A DNA stretch of 60,254 nucleotides, counting the filler, from Porpidia crustulata (Eukaryota): the NCBI GenBank assembly GCA_964255105.1. It is 5 parts of 5 records of this genome, joined end to end, with 100 filler letters (N's around TTAATTAATTAA, not from the genome) between each part and the next. Parts side by side here need not be neighbours in the genome. Positions count along the whole stretch, not along the records: positions 36,231 to 48,194 come from CAXUWE010000581.1; positions 48,295 to 60,254 come from CAXUWE010000582.1; 3 more parts are not named here. One strand, 5' to 3'. Under the pieces are notes generated by a model. It did not search any database and had not been told where the DNA came from. It was given only the letters and a program-made list of their open reading frames with translations. Below, piece after piece: positions 38,693 to 51,200 of the stretch. Within the stretch, counting starts at the first letter, position 1; the number at the start of each line of letters is the position of its first letter. The position numbers were made by a program, and so were the translations under genes.

Positions 38693-41600
38693 TCATTCCT
38701 TATCCTTGTAGAACTTCCTCATAATCAAATGGAGGAATAGGTTTACCCCCACCTTAACCTCACCTCCCTTGGCAAAAAACTCGAGAAATTGAGTCCCGTT
38801 GTACTGCGCTTGCAGCAAGTCGTCTAGCGGTATCTGCGCGCTGGCACCCGGAATACTGATGGTCCCCATACTGCCCTCGATGGTGAATACGCCGACCTCG
38901 TTACTAGAGATCGTAAGGTCGAGCGAAGCGTACTGGCGTTCCGAGTAGCCGCTCCAAGAAACCAAGATACCGCGATTCCCAAGCTCCTGGGCGCTGTACT
39001 TGAAAGAGCCGAATTTAGGGACGCGGCCAGAGCGGGCGAGTTCGCGCTCATGGTCCCACTGCTTTGTGAAAGGCATGAGAAAGCGTTTCTTCCCCTTCTT
39101 ATTCTGAAGGGTAACCATGGCCTGCTCGATGTAATCATTGTAAGTTTTGAGTTGTTGTTCTAGGTATACTGCCTGATCGTTTAGTCTCGCTAGCGTTAGT
39201 CTTACGCCTTCGAGTTCACGCTGGCGTTGGATCCGTCGACGATGTTTGGTGCGTATGTCGACGGCGATGGCGTTAAGGAGGTCTTGATAGTGATTGTGGC
39301 GGCTGAGGCGGCCGGCACGTTCGAGGCGGAGAATATTCTCCAGGGCGGTACGTTTGAGTTCGGAGTAAGGCATTGATGCGATGTCGATGAGGATATTTGC
39401 TTCAGAGTAGGCACCACGTTTGCGAGAACCGGCGGAGAGCTCGTCGCGGACCAGAGTGTCCCAGCGGTCTTCATCCTCCATGGTAATTGGTTTGACCATG
39501 ATTTCCATGAGGTTGGCTCCGGATTGTACGCGAATTATGTACAGAACGCAACGTTTCGTTTCCATAAAGAGGGCTTTTGCTTCCGCATCAGGGTCTGGCA
39601 CACTAGATCAGCTCCATGTCCGACGTCTTGAGTTAAAAGTATAGGGACTGTACCTTCCACGTTGTGCAGTTTCGGATTCAATGTAAGGCAGATCTCGGAT
39701 TTGCTGACGTTCATAAGCTCATTCTCATTAGTCTTTGCGCTCCCAAGCTCGCGAATCACATCTCGTAATATGTCATCTTGACCAGGGCAAATACTAGTCG
39801 TTTCTGCAGCTACCAAATGATGTACCGAGAAGATGTCTGCCATTTTGATGTACAGAGTAGGCTTTGTACGTGCGTAGAGATCGTTGAATTCGTCAATATC
39901 GAATTGCGTTTCAGCGTTGGGGACCGCAATCACTGCACAAAGCATTTTAGTACTGTCACCAATGATACCACTTTACAAAGCCACTTACAGTGTCCCCAGA
40001 TTTCTCGAACCCGTTCGATAGACTCCCCAACGTAACTGTTCAGTGGTTGCAAGAACACATTCTCGCTACCGAATAGTCTTCCTGCAGCAACCTGGCTAAG
40101 GACCTTTGCGACTTCATTGACGTTTCGTTTGTGCATTTGCGAGAGGCCTCGATCTATGGCTCCATACTTCTCTGGCTCGACTAGGGCAGGCTGTAAGTAG
40201 CCTTTCCATATCCAGTGACCCACGATCTGCAAGATGTGGCCTTGCTCGTCATGCTGAAACCTAGAAGTGAGATTCTGGAACATTTGTTGGGCAATATATC
40301 TGACACCGAATGGCATTCGATGTAGATGCTCCTCCAGTGAAGTGAAGAACTGATCGGCAATATCTCTGAGATCCTGAAGATGGGCTATGAAGGTTCGCTT
40401 CGTCTCTGGATCCCGAATGGCCTCTTCTCGAGGAATATTAGGGCTTCGATGACTTCTCTGGCCGGTCCGCAATTGCTCGTTTTCGATGGCAGAGAGGTAG
40501 ATTTGCATTGGATCACTCTCAAGGTCTAATTCGGGATTGTCAATTATGTTTTCCTTAATCATGGGACCGAGGATATCACGCATGTATTTGCGGTCTCGTG
40601 GGGACTTCACGTATGCACCGAATAATTTTGCCCAGAAGAAATTGCCTCTCAGGTATTCCTGGATCGATTGACAAGTATCTATTTCTTCCTTCATGGACCT
40701 TACGATCAGTTTGATCAGGTAATACTCTTCCCTCCGCTTCTGTGCGTAGCCGAAGAGACCCATCATCAAGTGTTTGATGCGTTCGCCCTCTTTCTCGGCG
40801 TATGCTTGTTCTCGGAATCTCCTGAAGAGCCGAGCGAGGTACTGAGGCTGTGTTTGTAACAGAAAGAAAAGCTCTTGGTAGTGCTCTAATTTCCTCCTTG
40901 AATTCTTATTAAGTGCCTTGAGATCGAATGGATCTTTCGAGGAGATTTCGGTATTCGTAAGCAGGCTTCCAGCGTCGCCACCGAAATGCTTTTGGTGTTT
41001 CACGACCTCGTCGAGGGTGATCTTGTTCTTCACAAGGAGGGCTATCTTGATATCCAATTGAGTGATATATTGATCAGCCATCTCATTCTGTCGAACATGT
41101 TGCACAACTGTTTTTCTGAGCCTTTCAAACTCAACTTCTTCGTCAAAATCGAATTCGCTGTCGTTCAAAAGATGCACGAATCCTTTGACAGTGCCAACTG
41201 GGGGGTTATTCCCACTTGTTAAACTTTTGTATGCCTCACCTTGCAACCTTCCTCGGATGAAGCTTTGGACTTTCACAACCTTCTCCATATTCTGCTTGAA
41301 GAATCGTTGCTTCTCTACAAAGGTCTCGCGAACTAATTTCCCCCGAATGGCCGCTTGTACCTCAATTATGAAAGCTTCCTCATCCTCGAGCTGACTCAAT
41401 AGAGTTCCAACCTCTAACCTTACTAGCATTGCTCGGGATAAAGCCTGCAACTCGATGATTTCTGGTGTGTTCGACATTAGCTCGTCATACAATTGCTCTA
41501 GATTCTGCCGGAGAAGGCAGCCACGAGAGTAGGCTTGGAATGCAGTAGTAACGGGATTCTGAATACTCAGAGTCTGAAGATCAGCCAGGTAGGCCTTGCG

Positions 41601-43910
41601 TAAAAGAAACGCGCGAGACGCTGCCTGTAGGGCCAAATGTTGCTTCTGCGCTTTTGCTAGCGAGGTTTGGGTTTCATTGACATTCTTTCGAATGAGCTTT
41701 CCACGGATCCTGGCTTGAAGTGCAGACATAGCATTTTCTTGGGTATGGAGAAGTTTCCTAGTTTCCAGCAACTGCTGTCGGAGACACCGTCCTCGCGAAA
41801 TTGCCTGAATTAAGCACCACAGGCCATTCAAGTTTTCCAGCTCGCGTTTCTGGTCGGCGACAGCTGATCTGACAGCGGCTCCTCTCGAGACTGCCTGTAT
41901 CAAGAACCATGAGCCGCTCAGTGTTTGCAATGCTTGTCTTTGGTCTGCCAGCATTGATCGTACCACAGCCCCTTTGGATGTAGCTTGTAATTTCAAGACC
42001 ATAGTGTGCGATTGCTGGAGCCGGTATTTATCTTTTGTCCTTCTTTGCCGCTGCAACATTCCTCTTAATGCAGCTTGCAGGCTTTCGACACTCGCCTCAG
42101 CATCTCGTGATTGCTCCAATTGCGCAGATACCTCGCTTCTTCGAAGCGCACCACGAATGGCTGCTTGCAATTGAAGGATACCAGAATCTTCTTTTCGAGC
42201 ACGAATCTTGGTGGATTGAATTTCTGCTCTCGGCTTTCTTGCCCTTATCAGACTCTGAAGAGAGGTTATTTCACTCTCTTTCCTTTTCCACATCTCTTCA
42301 TTGCCTTGCTGTCTATTTCGGCAAGTGAAGCCTCGAGCAGCGCTCTGAAGATTGACAGCGAATTGTTTCATGCTGAGCCGGTAATCGAAGATCTGCCTGG
42401 CCCATCCTGCACGTATTGTAGACTGCAGCTCAGCCAACATCTCTTCCGACTCCCAGAGTCTCTGCATCGTTTGACCGAGACCCATTCGAATTAAAGAACC
42501 TCGCACCTGTGCCTGAAGGTCAAGGATCACAGCCTCGTTCTCGCCGAGCTCTCTCTCTATCCTGTTCTCATCCGACTCGACAGGCTCTGGTTCTATTTCT
42601 GGTTCTGCTCCAAAACTTGCCCCCATGCCAGAGAAGCTAGGCATGCTGATTCCTGCCTTGTCTAAGCCTTTTTGCATTTCCTCCAACTCATGATGTTCGA
42701 ATTCCAACTGTCCAACTAAATTTCCGATTCGAAATTCCACTATGCCCTTCCTATACAAGAGCCAAGACAGCGCGTGTATACAATAGATGACTTTTGGGAT
42801 GTTCTTCTTTTCATACAGATCAATCAATTCGAAGCGGAAAAGCTCGGGTAGCTCAACTTCGGCCAAAAAACGAAAGAATTGCGCAATATTGTCGGAGTGG
42901 CGGAATTGAAGTTTTGGATGTTGGAAAATGCGAATGGGATTATTCGGGTTCAGTGCCTGCACAATCTCTGCCAAGGTGACCCCATCTCGTAGAGCCTCCT
43001 CTAGTTGCACTATTGGAGGCAACGTCTTATGTATAATATCCTCTATCCACTCCTTGGCTTCTCCGATATGGCAAAGGTATTCATATGCTTGTAGGAATTG
43101 TCTTTGCTTGTCCATCCAATTCCTGTCCTCCCATGCGTAGCCTCTGCGGTTACTGGAAGCAGCCGAGACTTTGGCTCCCCTTATGGAGTCTGTACGCTTT
43201 AGTTGTCTCCGACCTTGTAGTCCCACGACTGATGGCGCGGGTGAAGCAATAGAAAATTCATCGCTAGAGCCTTGCTGCGCGAATTTGGACAGAGTTCTTA
43301 GATGGCCAGTAGAAGAATTCTTCAGGGTATTCAGGTCTGGTGATGAAAAGCCAGTCCCATGTGGACTAGTGCTGGAGTGTTGCGCATACGATCTTTGCGA
43401 TAGAGACGAGCTCGTGGTTATCGAATCAGCGCGACTGAGGACCATTGACTGTGGACGACTTGATTTTGCAAATGGTGGGGATGTATGTATTGCTCCATAG
43501 TTCTCAAGTTTCGGGGCGTCGTTGAAATTCTGACCGTGAGAATGCGGAAAGTGAGGCTTTTCGTAAGCTGAAGGAGTTGAAGGGTTTGGTGGTTGAGGTA
43601 GTGGCCTCAGAGATTGTCGTGCAGATTTATATCCTCCAGCTGCTGTGGTCTCAGGATTTAGCATTTCGCGAGCGTCAACAGGCCTTGTGGGAGATGTCTC
43701 GCTGATTCCACGCTTGTGACCGACCCCAGAGAACTGATATCCACTGGAGGCCACTGATGAGATGGTGCTAGTGCGACTCGGAGGGAAGGGGTTCGAAAGG
43801 CTTGAGTAGTTTGACGAATTTGTTGAGGCGTTTGACGAATGCCGTAACGGACTGGATCTGGATACGGGGCTCGTCGTCTGCGTCGGGCGCGGTGGATGAT
43901 GGTACGACAT
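38693..43910 (-). CDS. IQG1: IQGAP (Iqg1/SepG/Rng2): CH domain, IQ repeats, RasGAP-related and RasGAP_C domains
   Basis: AYEYLCHIGEAKEWIE CH domain, DLYEKKNIPKVIYCIHALS, many LQAxxRG IQ motifs, DLESDPMQIY and FMETKRCVLYIIRVQ. Introns 39933-39988 and 39603-39653. Confidence 0.95.
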
Positions 43911-44496
43911 TGTGTCAGCCAAAGGCAACCGAGAGCATCAGTGCTCTTGAGTCTAGTCTTCCTCTAAGGTGAGTTGAGGTCGATTTGGACATTGGTACTC
44001 TTTAGCGAGGGACGCGGCCTTCAAGCGGCCTCGTGGATTTCCGGAACAGGAAGTCGCGTTGGTTTCTACGACATTGAGATTGGGCCACCAATTTTGTTCA
44101 AAGAATGGATTATGACTCCTTCTCCAGCAAGTCCAGCTCAATCGTATACTCTTCCTGGCGTCGATAGTGGCGCGCGATAGCAATGAAGCAAGGCGAAGTC
44201 GATTTGGATAAAGCCGGTGTTTCAATGTAAACAAACACGGATAATCGTCCGATAGTGCCGATCTGCAGCTAGTGCTTTAGCGCGCCAGAAGCGTTTATAG
44301 TCACGTGCTGATACACCAAAACTTTACATTATCCTCACACCGCGAACTTTTCCTTCTTCTTCTTTCTTTCTTGGGAGAAGGCAACTTCAACCCGTTGACA
44401 CATAGTTCTCTACAAATATACAGAGGACTGTCAACTATCTTCCGTGTTGTCCGGTAACTTTATATTCTAAAGACCAGGTCCCATCAGTCCTTAATT

Positions 44497-46382
44497 ATGC
44501 CTTTGACAAATGGTGATATTAGCTCAAGCGCAGCTCAGCTGTTCCCCGGCTCGAAGACTATTGATTTCACAAAAGCTCTGGAGGTTTTCAGTAGTGAAGA
44601 TTCTCTTCAGGATGGGCTAGACGCAAAGACTCTCCTCGATTCCAGAATTAATGGCGGCTTGACTTACAATGACTTTCTTGTATTGCCTGGCTATATTGGA
44701 TTTTCTGCCGCCGATGTGACACTTGAGACTCCGGTCACTAAGCGCATCTCGCTCAAAACTCCTCTTGTCTCGTCACCTATGGACACCGTTACAGAGCATT
44801 CCATGGCAATCCATATGGCTTTGCTAGGAGGTTTAGGGGTAATTCATCATAATTGCTCAGCCGAGGATCAGGCAGAAATGGTCAGAAAAGTGAAGCGCTT
44901 TGAGAATGGATTCATCCTTGACCCGGTCGTTCTTTCGCCAACAACGACTGTAGGGGAAGCAAAGCTGTTGAAGGAAAAGTGGGGCTTTGGTGGTTTCCCG
45001 GTCACTGGTAGGTGAAATGTTGGGTGTGTGGTATTATACAAGTTGGGGTTCTTTCAATGATGAGTACCATTTTACACAATAACTTTCGTTCATCCAAATG
45101 ATTTCATCGTTATGAGGATAACAATGATTAATACTACCTGAGAAAATGGCCTTTCCCACCATTCTATATTTTCTAGAACTGATTTCGCACGCGCGTAGCC
45201 TCCCTTGGAGGATTTCTGCTAATAGGTATCTTCATCACAGAAAACGGGACTCTGAGCTCGAAGCTCGTGGGAATGATCACTTCGAGAGATATCCAATTCC
45301 ACCCGTCTCTCGACGATCCAGTCACCGCTGTCATGTCCACCGATCTAGTGACAGCGCCAGCAGGTACGACTCTGAACGAGGCAAATGCTGTTTTGAGTAG
45401 ATCAAAGAAAGGCAAATTGCCCATAGTTGATTCTAACGGTCAACTTGTCTCTCTCCTCTCACGCTCCGACCTCATGAAGAACCTTCACTACCCTCTAGCT
45501 TCGAAATTACCCCATTCGAAGCAACTTATTTGCGCAGCTGCAATCGGTACACGCCCGGAAGATAAGGACCGCTTGAAACTGCTGGCAGACGCAGGGCTCG
45601 ATATTGTCGTCCTAGATAGCAGTCAGGGAAATAGCATTTTTCAGATCGAGATGATCAAGTACGTCAAACAGAAACACCCGGAATTAGATGTCATCGGCGG
45701 CAATGTTGTCACGTGCGCACAGGCAGCGTCTCTGATAGCCGCCGGCGTCGATGGTTTGAGAATCGGCATGGGAAGCGGTAGCGCCTGCATCACCCAAGAG
45801 GTCATGGCCGTGGGCAGACCGCAAGCAGCTGCCGTGTTCAACGTCTCCGCATTCGCGGCACGGTTCGGCGTACCCTGCATGGCCGACGGCGGCATACAAA
45901 ACGTGGGACACATCGTCAAGGGCCTCGCCCTAGGCGCATCCACAGTAATGATGGGCGGCCTCCTTGCGGGCACAACCGAGTCTCCGGGCAATTACTTTGT
46001 TAGTCGAGAGGGCCAGCTGGTCAAGGCGTACCGAGGTATGGGCAGCATCGATGCCATGGAAGACAAGAAAGCCGGTGCGGGGGGGAAGAACGCCAAACAG
46101 AACAATGCTGGAACCGCCCGGTACTTCTCAGAGGGCGACCGGTTGCTGGTGGCCCAGGGTGTCTCTGGCTCGGTCCTCGATCGAGGCTCGGTCACCAAGT
46201 TCGTGCCGTACTTGATCGCAGGACTCCAGCATTCGATGCAGGATATCGGGACCAAAAACTTGCCGGAATTACGGCAGGGTGTGCTCGTCGGCAAGGTGCG
46301 CTTTGAATTGCGCACAGTGAGTGCGCAGGCGGAGGGGAATGTGCATGGGCTGCATAGCTTCGACAAAAAGCTGTATTCGTAG
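44497..46382 (+). CDS. IMPDH: Inosine-5'-monophosphate dehydrogenase (IMPDH), 2 exons
   Basis: [24 protein letters not shown] pair, DSSQGNS, catalytic [25 protein letters not shown] and VAQGVSG. Intron 45008-45240. Confidence 0.97.
45052..45145 (+). ncRNA. snR54: Intronic box C/D snoRNA, snR54/SNORD59-like (predicted guide for the 18S site equivalent to yeast Am974)
   Basis: C box ATGATGA 45057-45063, guide TAACTTTCGTTCA 45080-45092 (antisense to the conserved 18S GAACGAAAGTTA), degenerate D' CCAA, C' ATGAGGA 45112-45118, D box CTGA 45138-45141 and terminal TTTC/GAAA stem. Yeast snR54 lies in the IMD4 intron. Confidence 0.85.
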
Positions 46383-47934
46383 CCTTGACGGTGACGTTAA
46401 ATAAATTACCTGCTTTTGTGTTTTTATGATCTATTGAGGCATTGCTGTCGATGATTGAATATGTCATGTTCTACTTATGGAGAGACCTCTTGCTCATTAG
46501 AGGTAGGGATCCTAAGGTGAACGTCGGAATCCACATCGAGGAATGACAATCCACCAGCGAAACGTTCATATCCAGGAATATCCCTTACACTCGTACGGAT
46601 TGTCATTCTACTTAAATATCTACAAGCTTGAATGTTCACGTAAAGCCCAACTCTCATCTTCCAATCTCATCCTCCCTTTCAAAACATCAACGTTAGCATC
46701 AATAGCAATAGCAATCGAATCTCAGGCCGTTTAGTCAATCGCATTCACGTTCCAATCCATGACAATTTACTTCATACAACAAACCCGGCCCTCGATTGCA
46801 CATTTCACTTCTCCATTGAGCCCCCCCTTTTTCAAATTTGTATAAGATAAGCTATCGTTTTGCAAGATGAACGATGCACTTACTTCACTTACTAAATATA
46901 ACTGTTTACAAATATCTATCCTACCCACAAATCGTACTAGTTTCGTCCACAAGCGATCACGTACGCGGTTGGCGAGCAAATAAAGCACGACAACTGAAAA
47001 CAAAATCTTGTTAATTTCCTATCTCTTGCAATTGGGCTGAGAGAACGGGGGCCTTGACTTTGGATCCTTCGAGTTTTGTGGGTTAAAGAGAGGATATTTG
47101 TAGGATTGATGAGTGAGAATGGTTTGGAGCGGCGGGCCTGGGCTTGGGGTCTGATGACACTTCATGAGGCTCCTGGTTCTGATCGGGTTCGAGAACTTAG
47201 AATGTTCGTTTTCCCTTGGGACTAGTTTGTGGTGAGATAAGAAGCGGCTTGAAATATTAAGGATCACATCTCCGTTGAAGTAGATTGTATTCATCTATTC
47301 TCTACTTGCGCCGCGCCTCTTTCCAATGTCCCGACGCTGCTGGTTGCTGAGCGACGAAACGTTCACACTTCATCGCAAATCCGTATTTCTCTTGATATCG
47401 AGCTTAGCCTTCATGCCAAGCTTAGGATGTTCAAGACTGTTGCGATGGCTGAATTGTAGCGAGTCAAAGAAAAGGAAAGAAAAGGAAATTAAACAAAATT
47501 AAAAAAGAAATCTAGGAAGCTCGGAGCAATACTAATGAAATAGTTACAATATCTACTCGGAACAGATAATCTGTATCTATTTAAGCCTCAACCTGGCACA
47601 AAACCTCACCTGTGTGTGCTCTGGATGCCATTAGTGCACCAAACGTAGAATTTCGAGGCGTGTCGCGGCCTTTTAGCCAAGGATTTAGTATTTCCAGATT
47701 CTAGAATGGTATCAATGAGTCAGAGCTTCAAGATCGACCTTTTCGAAGGACCCGAATATGCTCAGTCATTAAACAAATCCATCGTATAACCCTAACCCTG
47801 ACTGTGGTGGCCGAACTGGCAGTGCAGACCGATAGGGGATGTCAGCGAACCTCGGCATCTCAAACTTCCCCGGATTCTTTCTGATCGTCAGAACGACGCA
47901 TCTACATGATCTAGAATTAATATGTGCTGAGCCC

Positions 47935-48194
47935 ATGCTCAACCCTTTACGCTCGAACGGTATCAAACATCTCATAAACCGATATACGCACCCCGTACGA
48001 AATTGCAAAAGGCGATACGTCCAGCGCAATGCTACGTCGAGGCCATTGAGCACCTCACGTTACCCCCAACACCCCTTGCCAGACCGCATCGACGGCCCTC
48101 GATCGTATCGCCGCGGCCACCCCACAATCATGGTCGACCGGCAAGGAAACGTAAGCCCAGCGCCCGAATACCCAAAGCCGCTCAAAGAACTCGC
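47935..48194 (+). CDS. 5' fragment of a probable mitochondrial-targeted protein, truncated by contig end
   Basis: Open to the contig end; the N-terminus MLNPLRSNGIKHLINR...RPLSTSR is Arg/Ser-rich with no acidic residues for about 50 aa. An in-frame upstream ATG exists at 47839. Family not recognised. Confidence 0.4.
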
Positions 48195-48294
48195 NNNNNN
48201 NNNNNNNNNNNNNNNNNNNNNNNNNNNNNNNNNNNNNNTTAATTAATTAANNNNNNNNNNNNNNNNNNNNNNNNNNNNNNNNNNNNNNNNNNNN
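48195..48294. other. Artificial contig linker
   Basis: N44-TTAATTAATTAA-N44. Confidence 0.98.
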
Positions 48295-51200
48295 GAATAA
48301 GGCGGCCGGCGACTTTGACGTAGAGGACGCCGAGAGTCCAGTCCTGGATGAAGTGGATGATGTGGGTGTCTGCGGGCTGGCCGAAATAGGTGTGCAAGGG
48401 GATGACGAAGTAGACTTCCATGAGTAAGCTGGTCATGGAGGGGAGGATGAACGCGAAGGCGAGATAAGTGTATGTGAGGCGGAGGACGCGGAGGGTGTGC
48501 GCGACTGTTTTGCTGAGGAGGGTCGTGGCTGTGGTGTTTTTCTGGATGGAGAAGTTGGAGACGAGGAAAGAGAGGATCTGGTGGCGGTGTAGAGCGGTAT
48601 ACACGACACCGCCAAAGAGATAAATGCCGATGCTGAATGCGTAAATGTCGTTCATACGAATGTGCTCCGAGATCATGCGAGCGAAGATGAGGCGGCCAAG
48701 GACAAGGGGGAGGACTGTGATGCAAATGCCTGTTGTGGCGGCAAAGAGCCAGATGAGGAAGATGAATGTTCCAATGCGGACGCGGAACCAAGGGGGGATG
48801 TAGACCTGGGAGAACATATCGTTTTTCTGGCCGTGGAGGCCCTCTTCCGAGTCAGGCTGACCGTCTATCCTTTGATTCAAGTCATCGACTTCAAGGAAAG
48901 TAGGAGCACCTTTAGGGATGCGCACTTGGTCTGAGGCAGGGGTGCGGACGTAGCGGCCATCGCGGAGGAAGAAGACATCGGTATCAGAGTCTTTGGCAAG
49001 GGTGAGCGATAGGCCATCAGTGACAGGGTTTTGGGTATCTCCGTGTTTGCCGCGTAGGAGTCCACTCCATGAACGGCGGACATGGTGTCCTTCTTCATCT
49101 ACTGCCCTCTCGCCAAAGAGAAAATGCGAAAGCCGTAGCGCTCGAGCACACTTGCGAAACCACCAACTGTATATTTTGTTCAATCCTTGTGAAGGTCTGA
49201 AGAACTTAACAGCTAGAGGCATTAAGAAGTTGTAGAAAAGGAGGTCCACGGGAAACTCCAGAACTGGTTCGTTGGATGACCAATGTATGGGGAAAACGTT
49301 GTCGAATGCGAAGTAAATCCCCCAGACTACGCCACCCAAACACAGGATCACCAATGCCCCGTAAACCAGTGCACTGAAAGCTATTTTTCGAAGTTGAATG
49401 GCAATGTTTCGTTCAAGAACATCACGGACAGGATGGAAAGTGGGATCATCAGGATCGCGGATGAAGTCTACACTGACCATTAGCGTTGGGGCTAAAAGGG
49501 GTTGGGAAAGACCTACACAGGACGCCGGTCCGCATAATCTTGCGACACATTGAAACAAAAAGCGCGAAATGAAACATATAGCATGTTCCAACAAACCAAT
49601 GGATAAAGATAGAAGTATATGGAGAGTTCAATGTAAAGTCGAGTCTTGATACGACCGTGACGTTACCACAGAGTGGCAACAGCGCCAAGTCGAGCAATAA
49701 GCCGCAGTAAAGGGGGAAGACAATCATCTCAATGCTGATAATGAGTATGACTTTCATAACGCCGCCGGCTTGGTACAATGCATCAGCAAGCGGCCCCTGG
49801 ACCTTGCTTTCGGGTTTTGTCCCCCGAATTAAGGTACTAATTCTGAGGTAAACAGTCCCAAGGAGCGAAAAGAACACATATCCGAAAATAACTGCAAGGA
49901 CGCGGTCTTTGGTGTCCCAGTACGCAAGACTAAGATCAAGAGGTCTCGTACGTTGAGGGATATTCAGGCTTACTCGAAGAGGGTTGATCTTGAGAACTGA
50001 GGGTACCAGTGCCAGGAAATCACGAGTCCACATCGCCGCTACGTTCATGTACGTTTTCATGTAGCTCGCTAATTGCTCGCTGAGTGGCCCATACCAACCT
50101 GAACAGGTACCGGCTGATAGGGCAGCAGCTATAGCGATCGAGAAATCACGTAAGATTCTTATCGATTGGATTGACCGTCGCTCAATGACTCGCAATGACT
50201 CATGCGCAAGAATGGAAAACGTGGGAATGTCAGACTCGGAGAGACTACCTCCAGTTTCGATGAATGTATCCGCAAGGCGTTCCAGCGCACTCTCCGCATA
50301 GTCCTTCGCAAAGTCTGCCAGAACCCTGTTCTCGTTGAGCTTGCCGAGAAAGGGGCTAATTAATCGTACTGGTCCACATAAAAATCGAACAACTGCATCG
50401 ACCCAGTAGTATGCCAGCCCAGCCGTAAAAATGCCCATGTCTATAATCAAATCTGCAGATATCGAGGTCCATCGGAGAGGCAATTTGATTAGCAGCGAGA
50501 CCGGGTTGGCCAGAAATAGGAGGAAGACCTTGCCCGCAACGTATGGAATCCACATCCCGAAAAAGATGGCCAAAGATATGAGAAGGGCACAAAACATCCC
50601 GTTCTGTATGAGGCCAGCCAAAGGACCTTGCATGCCGACAAGTTCCATGATACCTTCAAGGTCTTCGCCGTCCTCAACCGCCTCCGCGTCGTTCTGATCC
50701 ATCACAGCTTGAACAGCCGCCGCGACTACTTCGTGATCTGGGCCAGGAAACGCCACATTATTCGCATCGTCAATCCTTGGCTGCCCGTGCTCGACTGGAA
50801 CGAATGGGGCCTCGTCCGCAAGATCGTCAACCACGTGCTCGTCATCCACTCCATTTTGGTCCAGTGTACGATCTGGTACTTGTTCAAGGCCTCCCCAAAG
50901 CCAGTCCATTCCTTTCTCGAAAAGGCCCAGGGAAGCATTTTCACTGTCTGGAGGGACTGAGTTGCGTACATCTTGCCCTACTGGGAAGCCTAATTCTGCT
51001 CGTGGCTCCTCTATACCATGCTCTTGATCTATGACGTCCACATTCGGCGATTCCGTGTCACCGGACTCAACCGTCGTTCCACTTATACCTTGCGAGTCAT
51101 ATTTTACCAGTTCGGGGTGGAAGGAGGTACCGTCCAGTTCATTGGAAGCGCCTTTATCAGGTAGAGAATCGCTAAGACTTTGGAATGGCTGCCTCGAATT

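Noticed and set aside
44497..46382. IMPDH as a mycophenolic-acid self-resistance copy marking a biosynthetic cluster
   Set aside because: It has KAYRGMGS rather than the Phe variant of Penicillium IMPDH-B/mpaF, hosts the snoRNA intron, and has no PKS or tailoring genes on its contig.
47106..47182. Possible second C/D snoRNA (TTGATGA...CTGA...CTGA)
   Set aside because: No convincing terminal stem and no rRNA-complementary guide that I could identify.
47787..47799. TAACCCTAACCCT as a telomerase RNA template
   Set aside because: No pseudoknot or CR4/5 elements were recognisable, and the motif recurs at two other promoters.
11992..48294. Regular ~12-kb spacing of TTAATTAATTAA as a biological repeat
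   Set aside because: Always embedded in 44-N blocks; it is a six-frame-stop assembly linker.
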